Assembly (NCBI GenBank): GCA_965223665.1 | Contig: OZ245011.1 | Location: 224,001-288,000 of the forward strand | Direction: 5' to 3' | Length of the DNA stretch: 64,000 nt | Source of the DNA: Nitrospinaceae bacterium | GTDB taxonomy: Bacteria > Nitrospinota > Nitrospinia > Nitrospinales > Nitrospinaceae | In this document: piece by piece, positions 37,832-47,447 of the stretch | Position numbering within the stretch: the first letter of the stretch is position 1 | Layout: each line of letters opens with the position of its first letter | Notes under the pieces: model-generated | What the model saw: the letters and a program-made list of their open reading frames with translations, nothing else | Databases searched by the model: none | What the model was told of the DNA's origin: nothing | Position numbers and translations under genes: made by a program

Positions 37832-39187
37832 ATGATAGTAACATCCCAAAATTTAGCAAAGAAAATACTCTGTATTGATGATGATGTTTCGCTGACTGCT
37901 TTTATTAAGAAAATTTTAGGGAAATATTTTAAACGCGATTCCCTGGACTTTCATGCAGTACAGTCAGGAGAGAAAGGTCTTGATTTAGTAGATAAATTAA
38001 GGCCGGATCTTATCTTATGTGATGTTCGACTGCCGGATCAAAATGGGTTCGGGGTTTGCAGGCAAATTAGGGAAAGAGGATTTCACACGGCTATTGTGAT
38101 GATGTCCGCTTTTGATTCCAAGGAAGACTTCGCCATCCAAACTAAAGAAAGCGGGGGAGATGGTTTTCTTTCGAAGCCATTTAAAGAAGGAGATTTGCTT
38201 TTTGTAGTTAATTATTTAATGCGCATTGATAATTTAAAGGATGCCTTGGTAAATAAAAACCGCCAGCTAGAGGAGTCTTTAAAGCAAGTTCAGGATATGC
38301 ATGAAAAAGTTGCAGGATTGAATCAGGAATTAAGGGCGGATAAGAGCAAGCTTAACTCGAACTTGAAAGATGTTATGACTCTTAATCAGCAATTAGACTC
38401 GAAAAATTATCAGATTTCCCAAATGAACGAGGAACTATTTAAACGATTTAATTCCACAGTAAGCTTGTTGGCAAATATCATTGAGTTAAATCAATCTCAG
38501 CACAGAGGACATTCAGAAAGGGTTGGAGAAATAGCCGTTTTTATTTCTAAGAAGTTAGAATTAAGTCAGCGTCTAGTTCAAAATATTGAAATTGCTGCAA
38601 AAATCCACGAGTTGGGGATAGTTAGTTTGCCTAAAAATGAAAAAGTTGAAGAAGTTGTCGACGAAGACAAAAGTAGAAAGTCCACTCAACATCCTTTGGT
38701 CGGAGAAATGTTGCTTAAAGGATTTCCAGGTTTTGAGTTGATTGCCGATTATATTCGACATATGCATGAAAATGTGGATGGGACAGGAAAGCCTGATGGA
38801 TTAGCAGGAGATCAAATTCCCATTGGGTCTCGAATTATTTCTGTTGCCAGTTTTTATGATCATGCCCTTATATCCAATCCAGGGAAAAAACCTAAAGATG
38901 TTTTTCCTTTAGTCCAAGAGAAAGCGGGTACTCTGTTTGATGAGAGTGTGGTGTTTCGATTGGAGGAGTATATTCAGACTAAAAATCCAGAAGATCACTT
39001 AGATTTGGTCGAATGTTCCGTTTTTGCACTTGAAGAGGGAATGGAACTAGCTTCAGATATCTATTCGGAGTCAGGGATTAATCTTCTTCGAAGAGGAACT
39101 GTATTGAGTCAGGAAATTTTAAATAAAATTTTAAAGTTTAATAATTTAGACCCTATTGTTGGGGGAATAAAAGTAAGGCAATACTAA
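37832..39187 (+). CDS. Response regulator: REC, coiled coil and degenerate HD-GYP domain
   Basis: REC domain with IDDD, DVRLP and KP. HD-GYP-like HSERV, IHELG, HP, HMHENVDGTGKPDGL and IPIGSRII. Confidence 0.88.
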   Translation: MIVTSQNLAKKILCIDDDVSLTAFIKKILGKYFKRDSLDFHAVQSGEKGLDLVDKLRPDLILCDVRLPDQNGFGVCRQIRERGFHTAIVMMSAFDSKEDFAIQTKESGGDGFLSKPFKEGDLLFVVNYLMRIDNLKDALVNKNRQLEESLKQVQDMHEKVAGLNQELRADKSKLNSNLKDVMTLNQQLDSKNYQISQMNEELFKRFNSTVSLLANIIELNQSQHRGHSERVGEIAVFISKKLELSQRLVQNIEIAAKIHELGIVSLPKNEKVEEVVDEDKSRKSTQHPLVGEMLLKGFPGFELIADYIRHMHENVDGTGKPDGLAGDQIPIGSRIISVASFYDHALISNPGKKPKDVFPLVQEKAGTLFDESVVFRLEEYIQTKNPEDHLDLVECSVFALEEGMELASDIYSESGINLLRRGTVLSQEILNKILKFNNLDPIVGGIKVRQY

Positions 39188-39193
39188 AAAATT

Positions 39194-39976
39194 ATGGATA
39201 TAGCAACTTTAATTGGAATTGTTTCAGGAGTGGGATTGGTTTTAGCCTCTATTCTTTTGAATAGTGGTTTGGATTTATTTGTAAATGCTCCTTCAGCTCT
39301 AATTGTTCTTGGAGGAACGATCGCTGCTATTTTAATAGCTTATCCTCTTAATGAGGTTCTTCGAGTGATGGGTTTATTTTTTAAAGTTTTTATGACCAAA
39401 AAAAGTGACTATGGAGAACTCATTGAGACTATGGTTATGGTCTGTAATGTTGCTAGGAAGGGTGGAGTATTAGCCATAGAATCAAAGTTGAATGAAATTG
39501 GAAATGAATTTTTGAAAAAAGGATTGCAGTTTACCGTCGATGGAAAAGATGAAGCTACTGTGATCACTCTTTTAAAACAAGAGATAAAACAAATTCAACA
39601 ATCCCATAAAGATGGCTGGGAGATAATGGGAGAAATGGGTAAATACTCCCCAGCATTTGGAATGGTTGGAACCTTGATTGGTTTGATTCAAATGTTGGCC
39701 GCTCTGGATGATGTAAATGCTGTAGGCCCCAAAATGTCGGTGGCCCTTATTACCACTTTTTATGGAGCGGTTTTGGCGAACTTAATTTTTATTCCAATGA
39801 CTGTAAAACTAAAACGTCGAAGTGCTGCCGAAGCATTAGAGATGAATTTAGTTTTGGAAGGAATAACTTTCATTCGAAAAGGTGTAAATCCTCGTTTTAT
39901 GAAAGAAACCTTAGAGAATCTTTTAGATAACGCGGTTGGAAAGAAAATCAAAAGAGAAGAAGAAGGTAAAAAATAA
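39194..39976 (+). CDS. motA: Flagellar stator A subunit (MotA/PomA)
   Basis: PAFGMVGTLIGLIQML and ALITTFYG motifs. Confidence 0.93.
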   Translation: MDIATLIGIVSGVGLVLASILLNSGLDLFVNAPSALIVLGGTIAAILIAYPLNEVLRVMGLFFKVFMTKKSDYGELIETMVMVCNVARKGGVLAIESKLNEIGNEFLKKGLQFTVDGKDEATVITLLKQEIKQIQQSHKDGWEIMGEMGKYSPAFGMVGTLIGLIQMLAALDDVNAVGPKMSVALITTFYGAVLANLIFIPMTVKLKRRSAAEALEMNLVLEGITFIRKGVNPRFMKETLENLLDNAVGKKIKREEEGKK

Positions 39977-39982
39977 ACTGTA

Positions 39983-40789
39983 ATGGCTGAAGAAGAAGTA
40001 CAAGCCCCTCCAGAAGAAGAGGAAGAACTAGTAGATGAGGATGAGGGAATCCCGCCTTGGGTAATGACTTTTGCCGATTTAGTAACTCTCCTGATGGTTT
40101 TTTTCATTTTATTATTTGCTATGGGAACTATCGAAGACGAGAAGTGGAGGCAAATCAAGGAATCCCTAAAAGCTGCCTTGGGAAGTGATTTTGTTCCGGA
40201 GTCTGGGGTCAGAGAAGGATTAGACGTAGTCCAAATGGATCCTGAAGATCCTGATGAAAGTGCCATTAAAGCGGTGGATGAAGTGGGGGCCATGGTTGCT
40301 AAGGAAATAGAAGAAATTGCATCGGAAGTAGAAGAGTTTGTTTTCAAAAATAAATTGGCCGGTGCCGTCGAAGTATCTTCGGATGAAAGAGGGGCAGTAA
40401 TAACAATTTCAGATGTTGTTCTTTTCCCTGCAGGTCAAGCTAAAATGACGCCAGCAGGTAAAAAGACCCTTAAGCAGGTGTATGAACTTTTAAGTCAATT
40501 CAACTATAATGTGAAAATAGAAGGTCATACAGATAATGTTCCCATCCGTAGTGCACAATTTCCTTCTAATTGGGAGCTTTCTGCTTCCAGAGCTGCTGAT
40601 GTAGCAAAGATTTTAATTAATGAAGGATTCCCTCCAGAACAATTATCGGTAGAAGGATTTGCCGAGTTTCGGCCAAAAGTTCCAAATACGAGCAGAGAAA
40701 ACCGATCCACAAATCGAAGAATTGAAATTGTTTATCAAAGAGGAAGTATTCAAAAACGGATGGTTGACGTTTTACGTCGAACAAATTAA
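39983..40789 (+). CDS. motB: Flagellar stator B subunit (MotB/PomB)
   Basis: WVMTFADLVTLLMVFF TM; OmpA-like domain with EGHTD, NWELSASRA and NRRIEI. Confidence 0.94.
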   Translation: MAEEEVQAPPEEEEELVDEDEGIPPWVMTFADLVTLLMVFFILLFAMGTIEDEKWRQIKESLKAALGSDFVPESGVREGLDVVQMDPEDPDESAIKAVDEVGAMVAKEIEEIASEVEEFVFKNKLAGAVEVSSDERGAVITISDVVLFPAGQAKMTPAGKKTLKQVYELLSQFNYNVKIEGHTDNVPIRSAQFPSNWELSASRAADVAKILINEGFPPEQLSVEGFAEFRPKVPNTSRENRSTNRRIEIVYQRGSIQKRMVDVLRRTN

Positions 40790-40834
40790 CCGTTTGAAAT
40801 ACTTTAAACCCCCCTTTTCTCAAAGTGTTATCTT

Positions 40835-40863
40835 TTGACAAGCTAGTCCTGGTTTGTTAAGTT
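40835..40863 (+). promoter_or_regulatory. Candidate sigma70 promoter of the rib operon
   Basis: TTGACA-N17-TAAGTT with an extended -10 TG. Confidence 0.55.
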
Positions 40864-40942
40864 TAATCACTCATAAAACTATTAATAAAGTTTCCCCGCT
40901 AAGTAATTAAATGGGTAACCCCTGTTTTTCGGTGACGTTGTT

Positions 40943-42043
40943 TTGGATAAGGAGACAATTCATTTTTTCATGAAGCGAGCTTTGACCCTAGCTGAAAAAG
41001 CCAGAGGTCGGACCTCTCCAAATCCAATGGTGGGAGCAGTTATTGTTAAAAATGGGAGGATAATTAGTGAAGGGTTTCATAAAAGGTCAGGTGGTCCGCA
41101 TGCAGAAATTGAAGCACTTAGGAAGATAAAAGGAAGCACTGCAGGGGCACAGTTATTTATAAATTTAGAACCATGTTGTCATGTTGGAAAAACCCCCCCC
41201 TGTACGGATTCCATAATTCAAAGTGGAATACGTGAAATCTATATTGGAACGAAAGATCCCAACCCACTAGTGAGTGGAAAAGGAATACGACATTTAAGGA
41301 AAAATGGTATTTCAGTACACGTAAATTATTTGAGAAAAGAATGTGAAAAATTAAATGAAGTTTTTATTAAATATATTAAAACGGGGAGACCATTTGTAAT
41401 TTTGAAATCGGGTTTATCTCTAGACGGAAAAATAGCGGTAAACTCTGGACAGTCAAAGTGGATTACGGGATCCCAAGCGAGAAAAAAAGTTCATGAAATT
41501 CGAGACCAGGTTGATTCCATCATAATTGGGGCCAGAACTATATTAAAGGATAATCCCAGTTTAACTACACGATTGAATGGAAAAAAAGGGAAGCATCCCA
41601 TCAGAGTTATTTTAGATAATGAGGTAATTGTACCATTAACTTCCAAAGTATTTAAAAATGCGAAAAGCCAACAAGTAATTTATGTGACATCCAAAAAAGT
41701 CTCTTCTCTACGTCAGAAAAAACTTGATGCCTTGGGAGTAAAAACCTGGGTTGTTTCGGAAAAAAATAATGGTGTGGATTTAAAAAAATTAATTAATCGA
41801 ATAGGTAAAAATGGAATTTCGAGTGTTTTGATTGAAGGCGGAGGGGAAGTAAATGCTTCCGCATTAAACGAAAAAATTGCCGATAAAGTTGTTTGGTTTA
41901 TAGCCCCAAAAATTATTGGTGGGAATAGTGCTCCGGGAGTTGTTGGGGGAAAGGGAGTAAAAAATTTAAATCAGGCTTTTTTGTTGAAGGACTTAAATTT
42001 TAGCCCATTAGGCAATGATTGGATGGTAGAAGGATATTTATAG
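40943..42043 (+). CDS. ribD: Riboflavin biosynthesis deaminase/reductase
   Basis: PNPMVG, HAE, LEPCCHVGKTPPC, SLDGK and EGGG motifs. Confidence 0.96.
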   Translation: MDKETIHFFMKRALTLAEKARGRTSPNPMVGAVIVKNGRIISEGFHKRSGGPHAEIEALRKIKGSTAGAQLFINLEPCCHVGKTPPCTDSIIQSGIREIYIGTKDPNPLVSGKGIRHLRKNGISVHVNYLRKECEKLNEVFIKYIKTGRPFVILKSGLSLDGKIAVNSGQSKWITGSQARKKVHEIRDQVDSIIIGARTILKDNPSLTTRLNGKKGKHPIRVILDNEVIVPLTSKVFKNAKSQQVIYVTSKKVSSLRQKKLDALGVKTWVVSEKNNGVDLKKLINRIGKNGISSVLIEGGGEVNASALNEKIADKVVWFIAPKIIGGNSAPGVVGGKGVKNLNQAFLLKDLNFSPLGNDWMVEGYL

Positions 42044-42706
42044 ATGTTTACTGGAATAATTGAAACTGTGGGTTCCGTTAATACCTTTATCTTGCAAAAT
42101 GAAAAGGCCAGAATGTGTGTTAGCGCAAACCAGGAATTTGGGAATTTTTCTTTGGGGGAAAGTATTGCGGTGAATGGGGTTTGTCTTACGGTTTGTGATT
42201 CAGATGAAAATAAATTTTGGGTAGACATTTCAACGGAAACTTTGAATCGTACCAGTTTGAAAGAACTAAAGGAGAATTCTTTGGTCAATTTAGAAAGGGC
42301 CTTAACCCCAAATAAATCTATTAGTGGGCACTTTGTGATGGGGCATGTGGATCAAATTGGAAAGGTAGTCGATATTCAAACTAAACCAGGTGAAACCTTA
42401 TTTCGATTTGAGCACCCGCCTGAATTAAGTCCATATATTATTGAGAAAGGCTCTATTGCAATTGATGGTATCAGCCTTACCCTGTTTGATTGTAATAGAG
42501 ACCAGTTTACAGTTTCCATTATTCCGTTCACTTTAGAGCATACCAACCTCAAGGAAAGGAAGTTAGGAGACGTCGTAAACCTTGAATGTGATATGATTGG
42601 AAAATATGTCGTTAAAGCCTTCGCAAGTGTATTAAATAGTGAAGGTGAAAAAGAAGGAATTTCATTGGAATTTTTAAAGCAGCAGGGTTATTTGAAAAGT
42701 GAGTAA
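42044..42706 (+). CDS. ribE: Riboflavin synthase (alpha chain)
   Basis: [16 protein letters not shown] and VNLE motifs. Confidence 0.96.
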   Translation: MFTGIIETVGSVNTFILQNEKARMCVSANQEFGNFSLGESIAVNGVCLTVCDSDENKFWVDISTETLNRTSLKELKENSLVNLERALTPNKSISGHFVMGHVDQIGKVVDIQTKPGETLFRFEHPPELSPYIIEKGSIAIDGISLTLFDCNRDQFTVSIIPFTLEHTNLKERKLGDVVNLECDMIGKYVVKAFASVLNSEGEKEGISLEFLKQQGYLKSE

Positions 42707-42708
42707 TT

Positions 42709-43917
42709 ATGGAAGTTTTTAGTTCGATTGATGAAGCGATTGAAGATGTTCGACAAGGAAAAATGATTGTCATTGTGGATGATGAAGACCGTGAAAATGA
42801 AGGCGATTTGATGATCGCTGCGGAAAAGGTGACTCCAGAAGCGATTAATTTTATGGCTAAATTTGGAAGGGGTTTAATTTGTCTGACATTGACTGAAAAA
42901 CGAACTGCTGAATTGGGGTTGCCTATGATGGTACAAGAAAATCAATCTCAATTTGGGACCCCGTTTACAGTTTCCATTGATGCAAAACAAGGAGTGACTA
43001 CAGGAATTTCTGCAGCAGATAGGGCTCGTACAATTGAAGTTGCAGTTGACCAAAATTCCACCCAATATGATTTAGTCATGCCCGGGCATATTTTCCCATT
43101 GCGTGCCAGGGATGGAGGAGTTTTGGTTCGTGCGGGTCAAACAGAGGGATCTGTTGATGTAGCGCGACTAGCGGGTTTAAATCCAGCAGGTGTGATTTGT
43201 GAAATAATGAATGAAGACGGAACCATGGCTCGCATTGGCCAGCTTTCAAAATTCATCGAAAAACACAATTTGAAAATGATAACCATCAAAGATTTGATGG
43301 AATATAGATTAAACCAGGAAACCTTAGTCGAAGAAGTGACGGCAACTCAATTACCCACTGAATTTGGAGATTTTAAAGCCGTTGCCTTTAGGAACAAATT
43401 AATTGACCAGGTTCATATTGCTTTGATTAAAGGAGAAATTGAACCTGACGTGCCAACTTTAGTTCGTGTTCACTCCCAATGTTTGACAGGGGATGTATTT
43501 GGTTCTTACCGGTGTGATTGTGGAGAGCAATTAGCCAAGGCCTTGGAAATGATAGAAACCGAGGGAAGGGGAGTTTTATTGTACTTATATCAAGAAGGCC
43601 GTGGAATAGGTATTTTAAATAAGTTGAAAGCTTATTCTCTACAGGATGAGGGAAAGGATACCGTTCAGGCAAATGAGGCTTTAGGATTTAAACCAGATTT
43701 AAGAGACTATGGAATTGGAGCACAAATTCTCCGTTCTCTAGGTTTAGGTCAAATCCGAATAATGAGTAACAATCCCAAAAAAATTGTAGGCTTAGAAGCC
43801 TATGGACTAAAAATGGTGGAAAGGGTTCCCATTGAAATTGAACCAAGGAAACAAAACATTCAATACTTGAAAACAAAACAATCAAAGATGGGGCATCTCA
43901 TTAAAAACGTATTCTAA
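42709..43917 (+). CDS. ribBA: Bifunctional DHBP synthase / GTP cyclohydrolase II
   Basis: [20 protein letters not shown]...RCDC and QEGRGIG motifs. Confidence 0.97.
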   Translation: MEVFSSIDEAIEDVRQGKMIVIVDDEDRENEGDLMIAAEKVTPEAINFMAKFGRGLICLTLTEKRTAELGLPMMVQENQSQFGTPFTVSIDAKQGVTTGISAADRARTIEVAVDQNSTQYDLVMPGHIFPLRARDGGVLVRAGQTEGSVDVARLAGLNPAGVICEIMNEDGTMARIGQLSKFIEKHNLKMITIKDLMEYRLNQETLVEEVTATQLPTEFGDFKAVAFRNKLIDQVHIALIKGEIEPDVPTLVRVHSQCLTGDVFGSYRCDCGEQLAKALEMIETEGRGVLLYLYQEGRGIGILNKLKAYSLQDEGKDTVQANEALGFKPDLRDYGIGAQILRSLGLGQIRIMSNNPKKIVGLEAYGLKMVERVPIEIEPRKQNIQYLKTKQSKMGHLIKNVF

Positions 43918-43931
43918 GAAAGAGTTTTATT

Positions 43932-44396
43932 GTGCCAAATAAAATAGAAGGAAGTTTAAAAGGTGATGGGCAAAAGGTAGGAATAGTTGTTAGCAGGTTT
44001 AACGATTTTATTACAAGACCTTTGTTGGATGGTGCGGTTGATTGTTTGTTACGGCATGGAGTGATTGAAACAGATATTGATGTGGTTTATGTTCCGGGTG
44101 CTTTTGAAATTCCTTCAATAGCAAAAAAGATGTGCGGGCAAGGAAAATATGATGCTGTCATTTGTTTGGGAGCTGTAATCCGAGGGGCTACGGCGCATTT
44201 TGACTATGTTGCCGGAGAAGCAAGTAAAGGAATTGGAATATTAGCCATGGAATCTTCAATTCCAGTGGTTTTTGGAGTTTTAACAACGAATACCTTAGAA
44301 CAGGCAATTGAAAGATCAGGTTCAAAATCTGGAAATAAAGGTTGGGAGGCTGCACTAACGGCCATTGAAATGATAAATTTATCGAAACTACTTTAA
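43932..44396 (+). CDS. ribH: Lumazine synthase
   Basis: [12 protein letters not shown] and [14 protein letters not shown] motifs. Confidence 0.97.
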   Translation: MPNKIEGSLKGDGQKVGIVVSRFNDFITRPLLDGAVDCLLRHGVIETDIDVVYVPGAFEIPSIAKKMCGQGKYDAVICLGAVIRGATAHFDYVAGEASKGIGILAMESSIPVVFGVLTTNTLEQAIERSGSKSGNKGWEAALTAIEMINLSKLL

Positions 44397-44408
44397 TTTG
44401 GAATCATA

Positions 44409-44842
44409 ATGGGTAAAAGGCGTTCCTCGAGAGAATTAGCTATAAAGTTTCTTTATCTAATGGATATGAATCCTGGAAAAATTGATCAAAAGAAACAAGA
44501 GTTTTGGAACGCAATCCCTGCCAAAAAGATATCCAAATCTTTACAGATGAATTAATAAATAATTTAATAAAACATAAGGAAGAAATTGATCTTATTTTAG
44601 AAAAGTGTAGTCAGCATTGGACTTTGACTCGAATGGCCGTAATTGATAAAAATCTACTTAGATTAGCAACATGTGAGATTCTTTATAGTAAGACAGTTCC
44701 TCCAAAAGTAGCAATTGATGAAGCCTTAGAAATTGCAAAAAAATATGGAAGTGAAGATTCCCCGCAGTTTATTAATGGTATCTTAGATAAAATCCTCAAA
44801 ACAAATCAGAATGATTTTATCCAAGCATCAAATGATTCCTGA
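44409..44842 (+). pseudogene. nusB: Transcription antitermination factor NusB split by a 1-nt frameshift near 44506 (possible sequencing error)
   Basis: Frame A from ATG 44409 gives MGKRRSSRELAIKFLY...QEFW and stops at 44553-44555. The -1 frame carries ERNP...DKNLLRLA...AIDEALEIAKKYG...FINGILD to 44842. Follows ribH. Confidence 0.85.
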
Positions 44843-44850
44843 ATAAAATA

Positions 44851-45579
44851 ATGATTTACCTCATATTCTCTGACGTACACAGTAATTTAGAGTCTTTAAA
44901 CAAATTTATTGAGATCAGTACAGAGATTCCTCATGACAAAAAAGTATGTTTGGGAGACATGGTCGGGTATAACGCTAACCCAAATGAATGTCTTGATTGG
45001 ATTCGGCAGAATGTCGATATTGTTTTAGCAGGAAATCATGATTATGGCGCTGTAGGAATGATTGATATTTCTGAATTCAATCCGTTCGCTCAAGAGGCTT
45101 GCCTTTGGTCCAAAGAACAGCTAACAGACGCGAATAGAATGTTTTTAAGATCGCTCCCCATTGTAAAAGAAGAGGACGGAATATTGTGGGCTCATTCATC
45201 ACCCTTTGAACCGGATGAATGGCATTACATAAATAATAAATACGATGCGCAAAATAATTTCCCACATTTTAAAAACTCTATTTGTTTTGTTGGACATTCC
45301 CATAAACTTGGAGTGTATGAACTTGAATTAAATGGCTGGGTGGAAGGAATTTACCAATTTGATTATGAATTAAAACTCGGATGCCGATATATAGTTAATG
45401 TGGGAAGTTTGGGACAGCCGAGAGATGGAATCCCTAAACCCAGTTTTGTGATTTTTAACTCCAGCACGCTAAAATTAGAAATAATAAGGTATGAGTACAA
45501 TTTTAATGCTACTCAATCAAAAGTAATTTCGGAAGGGCTTCCCTCTTATTTAGCTGAGCGTTTAGCAATGGGTTTCTAA
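44851..45579 (+). CDS. Calcineurin-like metallophosphoesterase
   Basis: SDVHSN, LGDMVGY, GNHD, GHSH and GSLGQPRDG motifs. Confidence 0.9.
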   Translation: MIYLIFSDVHSNLESLNKFIEISTEIPHDKKVCLGDMVGYNANPNECLDWIRQNVDIVLAGNHDYGAVGMIDISEFNPFAQEACLWSKEQLTDANRMFLRSLPIVKEEDGILWAHSSPFEPDEWHYINNKYDAQNNFPHFKNSICFVGHSHKLGVYELELNGWVEGIYQFDYELKLGCRYIVNVGSLGQPRDGIPKPSFVIFNSSTLKLEIIRYEYNFNATQSKVISEGLPSYLAERLAMGF

Positions 45580-45593
45580 AAAGGTTAGTATTC

Positions 45594-45622
45594 TTGACGC
45601 TAACCTTGATCAGTGTTATAGT
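45594..45622 (+). promoter_or_regulatory. Sigma70 promoter of amiC-der
   Basis: TTGACG-N17-TATAGT with an extended -10 TG. Confidence 0.7.
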
Positions 45623-45718
45623 CAGAACTTTAATGAAATTAGATATTTAGCAGAATTAATTTTGGTTCCTACCTTAAGATTTATGCCAAGATTATTTTAA
45701 ACCCAAAGAATTGAAACG

Positions 45719-47434
45719 ATGAAAAATTCCAATAAATTAAAATATTTCTTGATCTTGTTTTTAGTCGTTTTGATGAATTTTTTTCCACTTTTGCAAAGTG
45801 AAAGTTCCGCTAAGAAAAAAACTCCTGTTAAATCCTCAAAAAAGCTATATAGCAACGCTCAAAATAAATATTATGAATTTTTCCGGTCACCTTCAAAAAT
45901 AAGAAATAGACAACAATGGATTAGAGTCATTAATCAGTTTTTAAATGTTCTTAAATTCTATCCTGACTCTACTGAGGCTTACAAAGCCACTTTTACTATT
46001 GCCCGGTTATTTCAAAAAATGGGGCAAGAGTTAAAAAAGAAGGAGGATTTTAGGTCTGCGCAAGCATATTACCAAAAGCTCCTTGAAGGAAATCGAAAGG
46101 GCTCCCTTCACGATGATTCATTATTTCATTTGGCGGAGGTTTTCTTAATACAGGGACAACATGGTTTAGCGCAAAATTCTTTTCAGACAATAATTAATAA
46201 ATACCCAAAAGGAGATCAAGTTGTAAAGGCTCAACAGAAATTGAGCCAATTGACCTCTTCCAATTTTAATTCTTTTCCTAAGAAAGTTAATAGGGTCCCT
46301 AGAAAAACTCTAAGCAATTTAGTGTTTACTCGGGATAAGGAAGGTTCCCGTCTTACACTTTCCTCTTCTGGTGTGATCAATTTTCGCCAAGTAAAACTGG
46401 GAAATCCGGATCGTGTGTTATTGACTTTTGAAAATGCAACCTGGGATAAAAGTGTCATTTCTTCAAAAGTTGTTAAGGGCTCAATTGTTGAAAAATGGAG
46501 TTTGGGGGCTGATGAGAATCTTAATGGTCAACTTGAATTAAAAATTAATTCAAAAAATGGGGCGAAAATTGTAACCCGAAAACTAAAAAATAATTTTGTT
46601 ATTGAATTTCGACCTTTAAAAAAGAAAATTATAGCTAAAAAGTCGCCGAATAAATACTCCAGAAAGCCTTTGGCAAAAATAAAAAAAGTTTCGGTTAGAA
46701 AAAACAAAGTTACCCAATCTCAAACCACCTCTAAAATTGAAAAGAGTTCTATTCCCTTAATTGTGCTGGATGCTGGACACGGTGGAAAGGACGATGGAGC
46801 TCACGGCGTTACTGGAGTTCTTGAGAAAAAATTGAATTTAAATATTGCTAAAAAAGTCGGAACATTATTAAAAAAACGATATAAATATAAAATCTTTTTA
46901 ACTCGAAAAGATGATAGCTTTATAGAACTAGAGGAAAGAGGAAATATTGCTAATAAAATGCACGCTGATTTGTTTGTTTCTATACATGCGAATGCAGCCC
47001 CAAGAAAATCTGCAAAAGGAATTGAGACCTATTATTTAGGAACCGGTTCCTCCCAGCAAGCATTAGAAACAGCTGCTCGCGAGAATGGTGAACTCGTTCA
47101 TTCTGTTACAGATAATGACGTCCAGAATATATTGGCCAGTTTAATTAGCACTACAAAAATAAATGACTCTTCTAGGTTAGCCGCAACGGTCCAAAAACGT
47201 CTTTTCAAAAACCTAGCCAAAAAATATCGTGGCGTGAATAATCTGGGTGTTAAAGAAGGTCCTTTCGTGGTATTGCATCATACTAATATGCCTAGTATTT
47301 TAGTTGAAGTGGGGTTTGTTACAAATAAATCAGAAGAACGAAAACTGAAGAATAGAAAATATCAAGATCAATTGGCAGCTGCTATTGCTCAAGGGATTCA
47401 TGATTATATTCTTCAACGTGGTCCCTCCATTTAA
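45719..47434 (+). CDS. amiC: N-acetylmuramoyl-L-alanine amidase (Amidase_3) with TPR-like and AMIN-like domains
   Basis: Signal peptide and TPR-like helices; LDAGHGG, EK, SIHAN and ILVEVGF motifs. Confidence 0.9.
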   Translation: MKNSNKLKYFLILFLVVLMNFFPLLQSESSAKKKTPVKSSKKLYSNAQNKYYEFFRSPSKIRNRQQWIRVINQFLNVLKFYPDSTEAYKATFTIARLFQKMGQELKKKEDFRSAQAYYQKLLEGNRKGSLHDDSLFHLAEVFLIQGQHGLAQNSFQTIINKYPKGDQVVKAQQKLSQLTSSNFNSFPKKVNRVPRKTLSNLVFTRDKEGSRLTLSSSGVINFRQVKLGNPDRVLLTFENATWDKSVISSKVVKGSIVEKWSLGADENLNGQLELKINSKNGAKIVTRKLKNNFVIEFRPLKKKIIAKKSPNKYSRKPLAKIKKVSVRKNKVTQSQTTSKIEKSSIPLIVLDAGHGGKDDGAHGVTGVLEKKLNLNIAKKVGTLLKKRYKYKIFLTRKDDSFIELEERGNIANKMHADLFVSIHANAAPRKSAKGIETYYLGTGSSQQALETAARENGELVHSVTDNDVQNILASLISTTKINDSSRLAATVQKRLFKNLAKKYRGVNNLGVKEGPFVVLHHTNMPSILVEVGFVTNKSEERKLKNRKYQDQLAAAIAQGIHDYILQRGPSI

Positions 47435-47447
47435 GCTTTTTAAAGTC

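Noticed and set aside
40790-40942. FMN riboswitch upstream of the rib operon
   Set aside because: No conserved RFN motifs, and the leader after the predicted promoter is only about 75 nt.
47385-47447. Extended der start overlapping amiC
   Set aside because: The G1 motif position and the amiC stop favour the ATG at 47448.
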